Assembly (NCBI GenBank): GCA_028534125.1
Contig: CM052816.1
Span: 31,002,001 to 31,066,000, forward strand
Length of the DNA: 64,000 nt
Reading direction: 5' to 3'
From: Lama glama
Taxonomy: Eukaryota
In this document: one piece after another, positions 1 to 13,390 of the stretch
Layout: the number at the start of each line of letters is the position of its first letter
Numbering within the stretch: the stretch's first letter is position 1
Made by a program: the position numbers and the translations under genes
Notes under the pieces: generated by a model
Told to the model about the DNA's origin: nothing
Database searches by the model: none
Seen by the model: the letters and a program-made list of their open reading frames with translations, nothing else

Positions 1-724
1 ATCCTGGCTAACATAGGTTTCAGAGAATTTGCTCTCAAAGTGATCTTCCCTCTGGAGGGCTTCCATTAGTTCTTTTCTTTACCTAGTTCAATACCCCAGG
101 ATATAGTAAGCAAGAGGGAAATGAAGAGAATCAATTTCAATTTCAGGTCAAGGATGATTAGTAAAGGGAAAAATACAGGGATACAGAAAGAGGCTGGGGC
201 ACTTAAAGGTAGTATTAAATTTCCTACCTAAAACATCCATGTACAAAAACTGGAAATAGCATGATTCTCACCCATAAGCTCATATTTTCAGTCATGACGT
301 TTGATAGAAAACCACAATATATAATAAGGCAGTAACAGTATAAAAAGTGGTTATTACAAATCAAGAATAATCCAGCAAATGTTTCTAATGTGTTTAATTT
401 AACTTTTTAAAATACACATTTTACATGATTTAAATATTCTTTTTAAGTGTTTCTCAACTTGAGTTTTATAGATTTAAATCATACAGAAAATAAAAATGAA
501 ACTATCACCAAGTTTCATAGAATTTTAGGTTTGAATTTTCATGCTCCTCTCTTTCTGGATTAATTCTTCACCTTCAAGTATTAGTTGCTTTTCTTTGTTA
601 ATATCTCAGGTACAAAAGTTATATATAACTAAGATATAAATAAAAAGTTAATCTTAAAAATGGGGTGGCAATATACCATGATGCCAATTCAAGACGATTT
701 AGCATTTACATTCCAAAGAAACTA

Positions 725-1150
725 GGACTCTTGGTTACCAATGACAGAAAACCTAACCCAGACTGGCATAAGCAAAAAGGTAATGCATTGAATCATAAAA
801 TTAAAAGTTTATGAGTAGGGATGGCTTCAGGCATGGCTGGATTTAGGCCTCAGAATGTGTCATCAGGACTCAGTTTCTCTCTCTCCATCCTCTCAGTGTT
901 GGCCTACTCAAGCTCCATGTGATACGTGAGGCTGTAGCTGCTACAGCCATCTTTCAAAGTATGCTGATATATACTCATCCAATCTGAACCAATCAAAGTG
1001 TGTAAGGAGACACAATGTGCTGACTGCCTAGGTACAGGTCACATACATCATCTCTGAGTTGGTTGGTGGGTGTGGACTTACCCTAAGAACAAAGAAGGGG
1101 TAGATTCTTCAGAGGAAAACCAAATGGATGTTTTTCAGAATATCGGGAAT
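725..1150 (-). mobile_element. Old MaLR solo LTR (MLT1J/K/L-like)
   Basis: GGTTACCAATGACAGAAAACCTAACCCAGACTGGCATAAGCAAAAAGG...GGCTTCAGGCATGGCTGGATTTAGG resembles the reverse-strand MLT1K-type consensus. Confidence 0.7.
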
Positions 1151-1462
1151 ACGTGCCCAATACAAATGACGTCTTTTCATAATAAAAATTATGTGAACAA
1201 AAAATAACAACTACAAAAAAATGCTTTGAGGTTTTTAGTGTGCTGGAGAGAACAATTTCTTAAAAATAGTCTTCTCAACTAGATTTTCATTGTTTCTTTC
1301 TGATATCAGTACTTAAATAGAATTAAAACTTCTATTTCCCCCTTTCAAAGCCCCTCTTACAATGTTCACTGAAATTCAGGGTTTTGACAGCTGTGGCTAT
1401 CAAAAAAAACAGGATATATTTCCAAATAGCTAGAGATGAAGCCCAATTATTGCCACACATAA

Positions 1463-1840
1463 TTGTCAACAGAGTTCTTGGTTGCAAGAGCAGGTGTAAT
1501 CTCTGTTAAGCAGAAAGGGACACAAAAATGATGAAGCTGAAGAAACAGACCTGGGAAATAAGCTGCAACTAAAGAACACTAGGAGGCCAGCGCTGCCACC
1601 GAAATGCTGAAGGGAAGTCGGCTTAGGGCGCCTCTGCTGAGAACGCTGCCGCCACCACCACTGCTGGTACCAGTACCTCCTCCGAGTGCTGCTACAGACA
1701 ACAGAGGAAAGAATTTGTAACTCTCCCCTATTTCTCCGTATTGCTTTTTTTTCAGATGTGAAATTTCACTGAGAGATTTCTACTCGGTTGAGCTGTGAGA
1801 GGGACAACCTGCAGCATTCTGGCTTCCATAGGAGAAGGCC
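1463..1840 (-). mobile_element. Old MaLR LTR (MLT1M/N/O-like)
   Basis: AGAGTTCTTGGTTGCAAG start, GCTGCCGCCACCACCACTGCTG tract and TCTGGCTTCCATAGGAGAAGG end motif. Confidence 0.5.
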
Positions 1841-2915
1841 TCAAGCACTCAGAATAAACCCTAACACTTAATAAGCCCATATAATAAGAATAACGTAATT
1901 TATTATTCTCATAAAAGTATGGCATAAGTAATTATGTGGCAAATATTGTTTTTACTATATGATTGATAGATCATCTTCATTAGAAAGAAGCACAACAAAG
2001 ATATTTCCCAAGTCACACAATTATTGGTAGAAAACAGGCAAACACTGATTACTCTCGATCAACTCTTTTGGCTCCAATTCCAGTAGAAAGAATTCCTTAA
2101 AAAAAATCCCATCTCATCCCCTCCCTCACCAAATTTATCCTGCCTGAATAAGTTAAGTCATATAGGCTTAATAAGGCAATCAATGAACTCAGAAGGCAAT
2201 CAAAGCTCAACCTTCCAGGGTGGACAATGGCAAGCTGTGGACAAGTTACTTCCTTCTCCACCTTGAGTGTAATTGGTCAAGTAGTCAGTCTCATTTACTG
2301 CAAAGTAAATACTAATGTTCATCTAGGTTAGTTTCCATTACCGCTATTGGAAACCCATAGTCAATATTCTGTTGTAAACTGACAGAATAATGTGTTATCT
2401 CACTCCTAAAGATTCCCATCCAGACTATGGATCTATATACTTAGAGGGAAAAACCTGTCACTTGACTCCTGTATTACCACACTGCTTTTTTGACTGCAGG
2501 GTAAAGTCCATTATTATCCTCTTAGAATTCTACCCAAGACACAGAGCTATAACTTAAAGAAAATAAAGAATAAGATACAAAGGAAGTATTTAAGAGGAAA
2601 ATTTGGCTTACAACATACTGTTGTTGTTTTAATTAAAGTACAAGTTCTTGGAAGACAGCAATTTTATTTATAAAAAAGCCTTGTTAAAATAAAATAAGAT
2701 AGAATTTAATTACTACAATATGTTTCTTCAACTCAGTTAAATATAAACTACATTCATTTCTACATTTCTGTTGTGAGTTTGAATTAGAATATGCTGGGAA
2801 TACAGTTACAAGTAAATGTTAATCCATGAAGTAATTAAGAGATCATTTGATTACTTTGCAGTGGTAGCCCAAATTCTGTCACTCTTCTTTGTCACAGTCA
2901 TATGTAGATAGGGAT

Positions 2916-3480
2916 CTTTTGTTTTTGTTTTTTCTTTTTTGTTGTTGTTTTGTTTTCTTAAATTGAAGTATAGTCAGTTACAATGTGTCAATTTCTGGTG
3001 TACAGCACAAAGTCCTAGTCGTGCATATACATATATATGTTCATTTTCATATTTTTTCATTAAAGGTTATTACAAGATATTGAACACAGTTCCCTGTGCT
3101 ATACAGAAGAAACTTTAAAAAAATCTATTTTTATATATAGTGGCTAACATTTGTAAATCTCAAACTCCCAAATTTATCCCTTCCCATCCTCTTTTCCCAG
3201 TAACCATAAGATTGTTTCCTATGTCTGCGAATCTGTTTCTGTTTTGTAGCTGAGTTCATAATGTCCTTTTTTTTTCTTTTTTCTTTTAGATTCCAATATG
3301 AGTGGCATCATTTGGCATTTCTCTCTCTTTCTGGCTTACTTCACTTAGGATGATGATCTCCAGGTCCATGCATGTTGCAATGCTAATGGCATTATTTTAT
3401 TCTTTTTATGGCTGAGTAGTATTCTATTGTATACCTATGCCACAGTTTCTTTATCTAGTCATCTGTTGATGGACATTTAG
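2916..3480 (-). mobile_element. L1 3' end (artiodactyl/camelid-type 3'UTR)
   Basis: T-rich tail, then TTGAAGTATAGTCAGTTACAATGTGTCAATTTCTGGTGTACAGCA...TTTTTATGGCTGAGTAGTATTC...GTTGATGGACATTTAG. Confidence 0.9.
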
Positions 3481-3684
3481 ATAAATAAAAAATTTAAAAA
3501 AAAAAGAAAAAGTGTCTATGGTACGTAACTACTATGCATTATTGAGTACAGTGCTTAATAACTCTAATAGAAGAACTAATTATTTGCGCCTCCACTTAAC
3601 ACTTATTACACTACCAATGAAAAGAAGTTTTCATAAAGTTCAAGACATACTGATCTATAGAGCAGGTGGGGGGAAATACAGTTT

Positions 3685-4710
3685 TTCACTTATTCAGTCA
3701 TTTCTTCAACAAATATTTCTTGACCTCTTGTATGACAAGTATCAGGCCCTGTGACCACTGAGATCCCTACTTTCTAGAAGCCAACATTAAAAGACAGGGA
3801 AGAAAGACATTAAATAAATTACCGCAAACGTGGAAAGTGCTATGAAGAGAAGGTATAAAGGAGAAGGACAAAGCAAGGTCAGGTCAGGGAAAACCTATCA
3901 AGAAATGACATTTGATAACTGAACAGTATGCTCGAGGAGTTGGGGAAGTCAAGGAGAGTGTTTTCCAGATAGAAGAAACAAAACCTATAGAAACCCAGAG
4001 AGGCAAGAACAAATTAAGTATACCTGACAAAGTGAAGGAAGTGCATATAACTAGAACAGAGGAGCAGAAGGATGTGAATGTAAAGCTGGGATTATGAGAC
4101 TCTCTCATAAGGTGATGAGAAAGCCATTGAGCATTATTAAGCAGGAAGATAAACTTACAAAAGCAGTTTCGGTTATAGCAGAAACTGTACTGGAGTTGTC
4201 TAAAGATCATGAAAATAAACAACTTGTTTATGAAGGTCGTGAGAAGAAGAGAAAGAGGGCGATATCTCAAACAGCAGATGGATTCATTTATTACTTTCAT
4301 TTGATGGTTGGATTCATTTGAGCATGCTTAAATGTTGATGATAAGAGGCCAACAGAGAGGAAGATGGAGGGAGACAGGTCACTCATAAATGGAAGAGAAG
4401 GAACTCAGAGCTCAGGAAATCACCAGGCAACTTATCAGCCAGTATGTTATGTTCTCCAGCAATGCTTGACGGCAGAGTGAAGCCAGACAGATTCACTCAA
4501 TAGTCAGAATTCTTGGTGGTGGGTGCAAGGAAGACTAGGTGGGAAAGAACTTTAGGACACTGTAGAGAGAGTAAATGACGGATTAGAGTGCATGGATAAA
4601 GAGGAAAATAAAAATAGTAACAACCAATTAAAGAGATCTCAATAAAGGCAAACAGGGGAAAGTAATCAGAGGCAAGATGTCTGTATTTGTTATTTCAAAG
4701 TTGGAAAATG
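3685..4710 (-). mobile_element. L2 LINE fragment
   Basis: TTCACTTATTCAGTCATTTCTTCAACAAATATTT (reverse of the L2 tail) followed by a purine-rich L2 3' region. Confidence 0.65.
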
Positions 4711-5429
4711 TCTGATGATGGCTCAAAATGCACCTCTGCAATGGGTGGAGATCAATGTTAGAGCTAAGTAGGTCAAGGAGCTTTTCCACCAACAGCCCCC
4801 TCTTTGCATAGGACTCTTGTTCTTTTGTGATGTTCTGTTGAGTTAAGAACTCTAACAAGGCAACCTGGAAAACTCCTCCTTCCTCCCTGCCCCATCAAGG
4901 CCAAGGAGAAAGCAGAGTGGGACCTGAGAGAAAGGGAAGACAAGGAATAGTGTGCCTGAGCCTGCTTTTCGTTTTCCAAACCTTTTTTGAAAGACACAGA
5001 TCCTTTTGTTCAATCAGTATCTACTATGGAAACACAAAAGGTAAAACAGGAAAGTACAGCTGGAAGCAGGATCGGAGGCCTTTAAACTCCCCTTGCCCCA
5101 TCTCCACCTTCCCACAACCTTGTACCTAGCAGCCACCTAGGACTTCAGAGCACAAACTAACCTTTTGTTTGAAAATGAACAAAAAAGTAAAAATTCCATA
5201 CACGTCCTTGCTGGCATCATTGTGATGGATCACTTAGGTTGAGACAATATAGAGATCCGTGGGCACAAAGCTCTAGCAAATCATGAAGAAACTGTTTTAC
5301 ATCTCCCTCTCCACATTTAGCAATAGGATCTATTTGTCTTTGGAGAAAAACCTGTATGTACCGAAGTTTCATTAGGAATTCTGTGTATATAATTGCATTC
5401 CATTCTCTCAGAATTCTTGTGAATAAATC

Positions 5430-5572
5430 ATATCATTTCCATTTTGCAAAACAACAGTTGAGACCCACAGAAGTCAAGAAACTTGTCCACAGTTACAAAG
5501 CTAATAAGTGAAGGGGTGAGAATTCAAAGCGTCTGATCCCAAAGCCCCAAAGTCCATTACATCACATTGCCT
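5430..5572 (-). mobile_element. MIR SINE
   Basis: CCATTTTGCAAAA...GAAACTTGTCCACAGTTACAAAGCTAATAAGTG...TCTGATCCCAAAGCC matches the reverse MIR core. Confidence 0.7.
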
Positions 5573-6699
5573 CCAAGTTCATAAATGCTACACTGTTCCT
5601 CTATTATCATTTATATATAAAATTCTCTGGCTAAAAGCCCATAAAATGTTTTCTCATACAAACATTAAAAACAGCTCAACCCTTGAGAATTATCATGTAA
5701 TTTTTTTATTTTTTGGTAAAAGTGCATAACGCAGTCATTCTAACAGATCTCGGCTCAATCTATTTTCTTTTGGTAAATAATGGTTCTCTCTGCTGCTGCT
5801 AGAATAAAACTTGATGTTGCCTCTTTAGTGTTGATTATGTCCTAGTTCTGCATCTACATGATTGGTGAGGTTCTATCCTAGGAGTTAGGCTAAACCAGTA
5901 TTATTAACCCAGAAGTGCTGGCTGGAGATGAAACCCCAACCACTAAACATAAAAGTAACACAGGTCATGGAGACAAATATTTGAGAAAATAATCACTGAA
6001 TAACAGGCCATGAGAAAAAGGAGCCCAAGTTAATTTTAATTATTCTAGAGGAAAGTTAATTTTAATCAAGAGCTTCAGGGAAAAAAAAAAGCCAGCTGCA
6101 TAATTAAGAAAAATAAAGTAAGTATAGATACATAATTAGAAAGTGAATACAAAAGAACATGCTAGACTAAAAAAAATAGAAAACTATGAACCAGATAGGA
6201 ATATCTGTTGTTCTTCTACATGTGACTAGAGTTAATAAGCACATCTACTGACCTTTCAAAATAAATCCAAGTAAAATGAGGCCCTCCCTGGGATATCTCA
6301 TTATCCATAAAACTGCTTTCACTAGTCATTTATAGTATCTGTTCTCAAAAGCATCGTGAACACAATCCTTTCATGTTTGTAGTTTAGGAACAACACAGTC
6401 AACTGTAGATTATTAAACATAAACAGGAGACTGATCAAAATAATTAAAATCCACACAAATTTTGAAAGAAATTAATATTTGACCTAAAATAACACCAATC
6501 TCCTCTGTCATGCATGGAAACACATAATCTCACAAATGTTCTACCCCCATTTCCGATCAGCACTAACACTATTTAGGTACAGCCCTATTACTGTTTAATA
6601 CTCGAATGCAGTAACGGTAGAGACATCTCTCAGGTACCACAAATGAACTACTTCGCAGTTACCAGCTTTGCAGAAAATCCAAAGCTGAATGTAAAATTC

Positions 6700-6790
6700 C
6701 TATTCATTCATTCATTCAACAGCTATTTACTGAATGCTTACTTTGTGTCTGGCACCGAGGTAACTACACTGGTGAACAAAACACCAATGT
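6700..6790 (-). mobile_element. L2 3' tail fragment
   Basis: TTCATTCATTCATTCAACAGCTATTTACTGAATGCTTACTTTGTGTCTGGCAC. Confidence 0.7.
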
Positions 6791-7639
6791 CTACTTCTTC
6801 CAAACAGCGTTCTCTCAGAGCAGAACTTACTTCCGAAACAAAGTCACAAGTTTAAATTGAACACTGCTTGGAACCTTTTTACCTTTATTAAATTCAAGGA
6901 GGCCTATAATTCACTTTCATAAGGATAAGGGTTATTTAAACCCCTCCAACAGTCCCTTGGAGATCTGGGAAATATCACATAAAAAATAAAAACAAGACTG
7001 ACTTTCATTTTAATGAGCTCATATTCTATGTAGTCATTGAAACTTAAGGGCACTGAGCTAGCTAAATTCAGATTTTTAAAACTACTTCAGCCATTCAAAT
7101 TGTATTCTCAAGTAGTATGCTAAGATGTTTAGATTTTAGGTCCTCGAAATTGCTTTTTTGTTTAACTCTGACATTGTCCCTTTAGTCTCCCCTATGAATT
7201 CCAACATTCCACATTTCAACTATGATGTTATATATTCTATGTCTATGGTCATTATTTTCTATATTCATCAACGAGCCAACGGCCATTCTCACCAACAATG
7301 TATCTTCATGATTATGTAATTAACTTATTATTTTCACTTACCTTCTGGACAACCTGCCTTTTTCCACTTGGCTGGAATTTTAATCTCTTCTCACTTGACT
7401 TTCTAACTTTTTAATCTTTGTGGGTATCAACATTAGTTTAAACCCCCAAACAGATTTTTCTTTTAATCCTTGGTAGCCTTGGTGTTTTCCCTAGAATACT
7501 GTTTTGTTTCTCTAAATTTCATTAACATCCAAGCAATCTCCTAAATTTCTTTGCAATAATAAGTTTCCTCTCTGTGTAATCTTAACTTTAATACAGTAAC
7601 AATTTTAATCACCTTAACTGACTGCTTCTTTGGCCAAAC

Positions 7640-8230
7640 TCGAAACACAGCTGAGCTCCCCTTGACCCTACATACACACACACACACACACACACCTCTT
7701 TCCATTTCTGTAAACAAAACTATCATTCATCTATTTACATAAACCAGAAACCCAAGAATTATCCTTAATTTCTCTCCTCTTTCTCCTTCACCTCCCTCCC
7801 CAACTCCTCAAACTTATAAGCAGGCTATCTACTTCCAGGCCCTAAAATAAAGATTTTTCATCTTGCCTCAAGGGCCATAAATATTTAATTGTCTCTACTA
7901 AAATAATACTTTCCCCTCCTCCTAATAGGCCTCATGCCTTCTCTTTATTGGGTTTCAACTTCAATGTCATCTCTTCAAAGCCCACCATCACTAACAGGGT
8001 TTGGTCTCTGACCTTCTCAATCTTCTTCCCCTTGTGTGTGCCCTTCACATGACACACTTCAACTCCAAGGACATGATTTGCCTGTTTACCAGTTTGTCTA
8101 TATGTGGCCCCCAGGAGAATGTAAGCTCTACGAGAGCAGGAGCTACATCTGTCTTACTCTTTATTTCCAGCTGTAAATACGCTTGGCACATATTACATAT
8201 TTAGTAAATATTTGCTGAATAAATGAATAA
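7640..8230 (+). mobile_element. L2 LINE fragment with 3' end
   Basis: GAATGTAAGCTCTACGAGAGCAGG...GCTTGGCACATA...AAATATTTGCTGAATAAATGAATAAA. Confidence 0.7.
7674..7695. repeat. (AC)11 microsatellite
   Basis: Read directly. Confidence 0.95.
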
Positions 8231-8409
8231 AAATAATGGAAAGTTTTGATGAAGAAATGGTGAGATGCTGGCCAATTTTATAACATACTACCTCACTGTG
8301 GGAAACAAGACCATGGGTACCAGAAGTTAAAGATCATTTTTTTAAATTAAAAAATCTTCCTTCTCACTCTTACCTTGATAACTTCAAATGGGGCTACCAA
8401 GATCTGTAA

Positions 8410-8455
8410 CAGTGATTCTCAAAGTGTGTTCCTGGACCAGCAGCCTCAGGATCAC
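8410..8455 (+). mobile_element. MER5A-like hAT-Charlie MITE end fragment
   Basis: CAGTGATTCTCAAAGTGTGTTCCTGGACCAGCAGCCTCAGGATCAC resembles the MER5A terminus. Confidence 0.7.
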
Positions 8456-9954
8456 AGTGCCTTTTCAGAATGATGGTTCTCTAAAAATATTTGTTGAATA
8501 GGTATCTATTCAGTTGAACAGACTTCCTATTATTATTTCCTTCTTTCTTTATGCGGATTTTCATCAACCACTCTTTACACCTTTTAAAATCGTGCCTCAG
8601 AAGTAATATGTACTGTACTGAGGTTTAACCTACTCTGACTTCTACTGATTTCTTTCATGTTAGTTCCAAATCACAAACTTAGCTTCAATGTCCTTTATAT
8701 TGCTGTTTCATACAATTTCAAAAGATGGAAGATACAAAGCAGAATCTTTGTCTGCAAAAAGGACACATTTCCAAAGATGTCAATTTATCCAAAAGAGAGA
8801 TAAAATTGAGAAATAATACAAAATTGTGATTAAAATGGATTAATGGCAAGAACAATAAAATTTTTAAACAAACATTTCTCCATTTTCTATTCAAAATGAC
8901 AACAAAAAGTTCTCTCTTGTATGACAAGAAATATAATCAGTGGCTGATAGGATACTACAATATACATAATCCCCCTAAATGTCCCAAATCAAAAGGACTG
9001 ATTTTATGAAAACAGTTTAAAAAAAAACTCATTTTTTTTTAGTCAGGAAAATTTGTCTTCTTTTTATTTTAGTTTTATTACATTTATTTTTCAAACAAAC
9101 TTTAAGATTAGAGCCCACAAAAAGATAATAGCTCATGATTTCTGAAACACTTATGAATTACTAACAGAAAATGTCACAAGCTATACTCTCATTTACTTAA
9201 GTATTATTTAAAATATGAGGGACCACTAGAGCCTTGTATGAAAAAGTAAATCCATTATTCCAGAATAATACAGGGCAAAAATGGAACTAGAAAATTAGTG
9301 CCCATTTCTTCTATTTTACTCTTTTTTCAGTGGAATTTGGTGTTTAAAAAAATCATTCTAAGCAATGGAGCACTGACAATTACAAATTCATTATATTATT
9401 GCTATTAGATTTAAACCACATCCACACTGGTTTTTATAAAGCTGAATATAAGTAGCCTTCCACCTAAAAGTGTTTATTCATAGAAAAATGTACACAGATA
9501 ACCTGTCAGTCTCTAAATGTACACAACAGGTACAACTGATCATTAATTCTAAATCAAAACACAAAAACTTCATTACTGACTGTCCAAAGATACAGTAAAC
9601 TCTCAAACGAAAACCTAAAATCCTATTTTAGATTAAATGTTAATACATTTACAACAAGCCTTCATTAGCACTCAGCAGTAATCCTTCTAATATCAAGAAC
9701 AACAAGAAAAGCTTCCTTGGCCCTTATTCTTTGAATTGAAATCTATTTAATTCTACGTCAAAGCTCACTCACCACCATACAGCCTGCATATAAACATGCA
9801 TCAAATTTAACTGCACTATGACTCTATTATACTGCTTTACCCCAAAATCCACCTTTCAGGTATCATCCATTAGTTTCTTTTTTATATTTCAGAGCCAGTG
9901 GCATTCCTTTATTCTCAGTAGATTCTATAGACTTGCTTACCTTACAAGGTTGAT

Positions 9955-10185
9955 TGAATATACTACATGTCAACCACTGAGCTAAGCTGTTTATTGGCTG
10001 TAATTAATGCTCACAGTAACTCTTACCCAAAATGTAGGCAGTGGTACTATTGCATCTTACAAATGAGAAAAATCGAGTCATAATCGAGATGAATTATTCA
10101 ATAAAACAAAGCTAACGGAGGTAGAGGATGAACTTCAACCTAGATCTGTGGGACCAATGTCTGGTGCTCTCAACTATTTCCCTAC
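9955..10185 (-). mobile_element. MIR SINE (degenerate)
   Basis: TAATGCTCACAGTAACTC...GTAGGCAGTGGTACTATTGCATCTTACAAATGAGAAAA...TTCAACCTAGATCTG. Confidence 0.55.
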
Positions 10186-10199
10186 CACACATATTTCTA

Positions 10200-11475
10200 T
10201 TCATTCTTTTCAGTCTCCTTCTTAGCTCCTTTACTTCCTCCTCTCCCTTTCAATTATAGGTAACATGTTCAAGACTATTTCTTCCACTCTTATTCTACTC
10301 CTATTTCTTTAGTAAGCTCATATATCCTAACAATTTCAACAAGATAGATCATATACACGAGATTCTAAAATCTGTACTTTGGGCCTTTCACTTTAGTGTT
10401 GTATTTCTAAATCCCCAAGGGATATATTCAGTTCGATAACCTAATACTACCACCAAACTCAGTACAGATGATTTCCAAAATCATTTACAACTTAATCTTA
10501 ATTTCACACAAAAAACTCAGTTCGTCTTAGTTCTCATCCAACTGATTTTATCTGTCCACGGAAATACTGTTCTTCTACTCTTCTTCCCTTCATTCTCCAT
10601 ATAAAACTAAAATCTAGTCCTATTGCTTTTCCCCCTAGATGTGCCTTGTGGGTTTGAATTTTCTACTTCATTCCTACTACCACAACCTGATAAACCAACT
10701 TACCGTGTCTTCCTCCCCTGCTATTACCTTACTGCAATCCTTCAGGCTCACCATCACAGACTGATCTTCGCCAAATACACTTTTTACCAAGTCATTCTGT
10801 TTGAGAAATCTGTAAAAGTAGGCCAGTGCCAACAACATAAAATCTACATGGTTTGCAAGGATCTCCTCAATTTAACCCCAGGTTACAAACGATTCCTACT
10901 ACGCGCCTTCTACTCTCATTCGGCTCATCCTTTACCCTCCCCAAGTCTTCTAAGAGCTCTCCCCTTCCCACCATGTATCCACACTTGTCACCATCTCACT
11001 TCTTCCACATGTCCTGAATCCAGCCCACCCCATACAGGCTCTCAGTGCTTACAAACAGGAAGTACTCAGCTACAGTCAGGAAACATGGGTTCTAACGCTG
11101 GTTCTGACATTATCCAGCAGCGTGACTCTGGGCAGATTTCTGAGGTAACAACTAGTCCAGATTGTTGTTTCTTCATTAGTAAAATGAGATATTGAATCAG
11201 ATTAATCTCTAAAATTTTATTTGGCTTAAAATTTTTCAGAATCAGATTAATCTCTAAAATTTTATTTGGCTTAAAATTTTTCAAATTCCAACAATATCTA
11301 TTGTCTTACTACTTTAATGCTTAATCACACGTTAAAGGTTTTTATCTATATTCAATCTTCTTTACTAGATTATAAAGTTCCTGAGGATAAATATTATGTA
11401 TTATACATTTTTGCAAACTCAACAACACATAGCATAGTGTTTGATAAGTAGATTAAATACCTGTGACTGATTAAT
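10200..11475 (+). mobile_element. Degenerate L2, interrupted by a MIR (~11060-11200)
   Basis: Pyrimidine-rich L2-like body. Tail reads ACTAGATTATAAAGTTCCTGAGG...CATAGCATAGTGTTTG. MIR reads CATGGGTTCTAACGCTGGTTCTGAC...GTGACTCTGGGCAG. Confidence 0.55.
11194..11283. repeat. Perfect 2 x 45-bp tandem duplication
   Basis: GAATCAGATTAATCTCTAAAATTTTATTTGGCTTAAAATTTTTCA at 11194-11238 and again at 11239-11283. Confidence 0.97.
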
Positions 11476-12354
11476 TCTGACGACTCCTGTTTACGACAAA
11501 ATCAATCAAGATAAATACAGGAATACCCTTTGAAGTAATCAAGCCTTAAAATAATTTCATAATTTTCAAAATCACGAAATTAGGGTATGTGGGGAAGTTT
11601 TATTCTTCCTTTCCTTTTCTTTTATTTTCTCCAAGTAGCACAAGATAAAACAGGATCTGAGAACTGGTTTTTAGGAAGCCCATAAAAACATATTTGCTAA
11701 TGCTTAGTTACAATCAGTATTTCAGAAAATTTTCTGTGGAAAGAGCAGCAAACTCTAGCTCAGCTCTTTTAGGAACTTCTATAGCAAAATAGCGTTCATT
11801 TTATACTGGCCCCCTTTCAGTTATTTTATTTTGTTTATGGGATTATAAAATTACATGGATAAACATGGAGCCAGAATTATATTTAAAAACATGTTTACTT
11901 TGTATCCGTTTAACATAGAGTATCTGAAACCCATGTCTCTGGTCCAGAAGCATTACAGAATAATACACTGCAGCTAATGCACCTGAATGATTAAGACATA
12001 CAGTATTATGATTTCTAACTCTTACAAATGGAAGATGTTTCCATGAATACATTCTAGTGGCTGTTTTCACCAATTGTACCTGACTATACCTGAGAGTAAG
12101 TGAAGGCATCAAACTTTGAGTTAAAATCTTATTATCAAACCAGTTTTCATTAAGGCTACTAGGAAAAGCAGAATCAACTGTAAAAGGCCTTGTCCAGGGT
12201 AGAAAACAAACTTTGCCAAAGAGCCTGTATTTCCTGGTACTATAATTTTCAGTGTTTCTTAGGAATTAGGATGGTATAATTTTTTCAGAGAAAGGAACTC
12301 AAAAAGGGGGCATCATCATCCATATTATATTTATGTGCCAACTTAAAAAAATTA

Positions 12355-13390
12355 TAATTAAACTTAAAAGCTTTTTCACAGCAAAGGAAACCAATAACAA
12401 AATGAAAAGACAACCTACTGAATGAGAGAAAATACCTGCAATGATATGACCAATTAAGGGGTTAATACGCAACACATATAAGCAGCTCATATAATTCAAC
12501 ATTAAAAAAGCAAATAACCTGATTGAAAAATGGGTGGAAGAACTTAAAAGACACTTTTCCAAAAAGGAAATGCAGATGGCCAACAGGCACATAAAAAGAT
12601 GTTCAACATTGCTAAACATCAGGGAAATGCAAATCAAAACCACAATGAGTTATCACCTCATACCTGTCAGAATGGCTATTATCAAAAAGAACAAAAATAA
12701 CAAATGTTGGCAAGGATGTGGAGTAAAGGGAACCCTTGTACTCTCTTGGTGGGAATGTAATTTGGTGCAGCCACTATAGAAAACAACATGGAAGTTTCTC
12801 AAAAAACTAGGACTAGAACTAGCAGATGACCCAGCAATTCTACTCCTGGGTATATCCAAAAGAAACAAAAACACTAATTTGAAAAGATACATGTACCCTA
12901 ATGTTCATAGCTTCATTATTTACAATTGCCAAGCTATGGAAACAACCTAAGTGCCCATCAACAGATGAATGGATAAAGAAGATGTGGTGTATACATATAT
13001 GCATACAACATATATACAATGGAATACTACTCAGCCATGAAAAAGAATGAATTTTTTTTTTCCATTTGCAGCAACATGGATGGACTTGGAGGGCATTATA
13101 CTAAGTGAAATAAGTCAGATAGAGACACAAAAATACTATATGATATCATTTATATGTGAAATCTAAAAAATACAACAAAACTAAACAAAAACAAAAAAGA
13201 AGCAGACTCATAGAGAACTAGGGGCCACCAGAGGCTGAGAGAAGGGGACAGGGGCAATCTAGGGGTGGGGGAAATAAAGAGTTATTATGGGATTATATGA
13301 AATCATGTGTGTTAAACTTCTAAAAATTGTGAAGTATTACAGAAGTCAAAAAAATCTTTCATTCACTATAAAAAATCAATTAAAAAACAG
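12355..13390 (+). mobile_element. 5'-truncated L1 (ORF2 C-terminus plus 3'UTR)
   Basis: ORF 12534-12779 ([48 protein letters not shown]...CWQGCG...[10 protein letters not shown]) is the L1 ORF2p C-terminal region. Typical 3'UTR and A-rich end follow. Confidence 0.95.

Noticed and set aside
7336..7350. Consensus minus-strand donor AAG|GTAAGT
   Set aside because: No convincing upstream pyrimidine tract or acceptor; isolated donors are expected by chance.
10623..11195. 190-aa ORF, the longest without Ns
   Set aside because: Non-ATG start, lies over decayed L2/MIR sequence, and shows no recognisable protein family.
11066..11284. ORF with a 15-aa repeat (KNFKPNKILEINLI)
   Set aside because: Simply the translation of the 45-bp DNA duplication.
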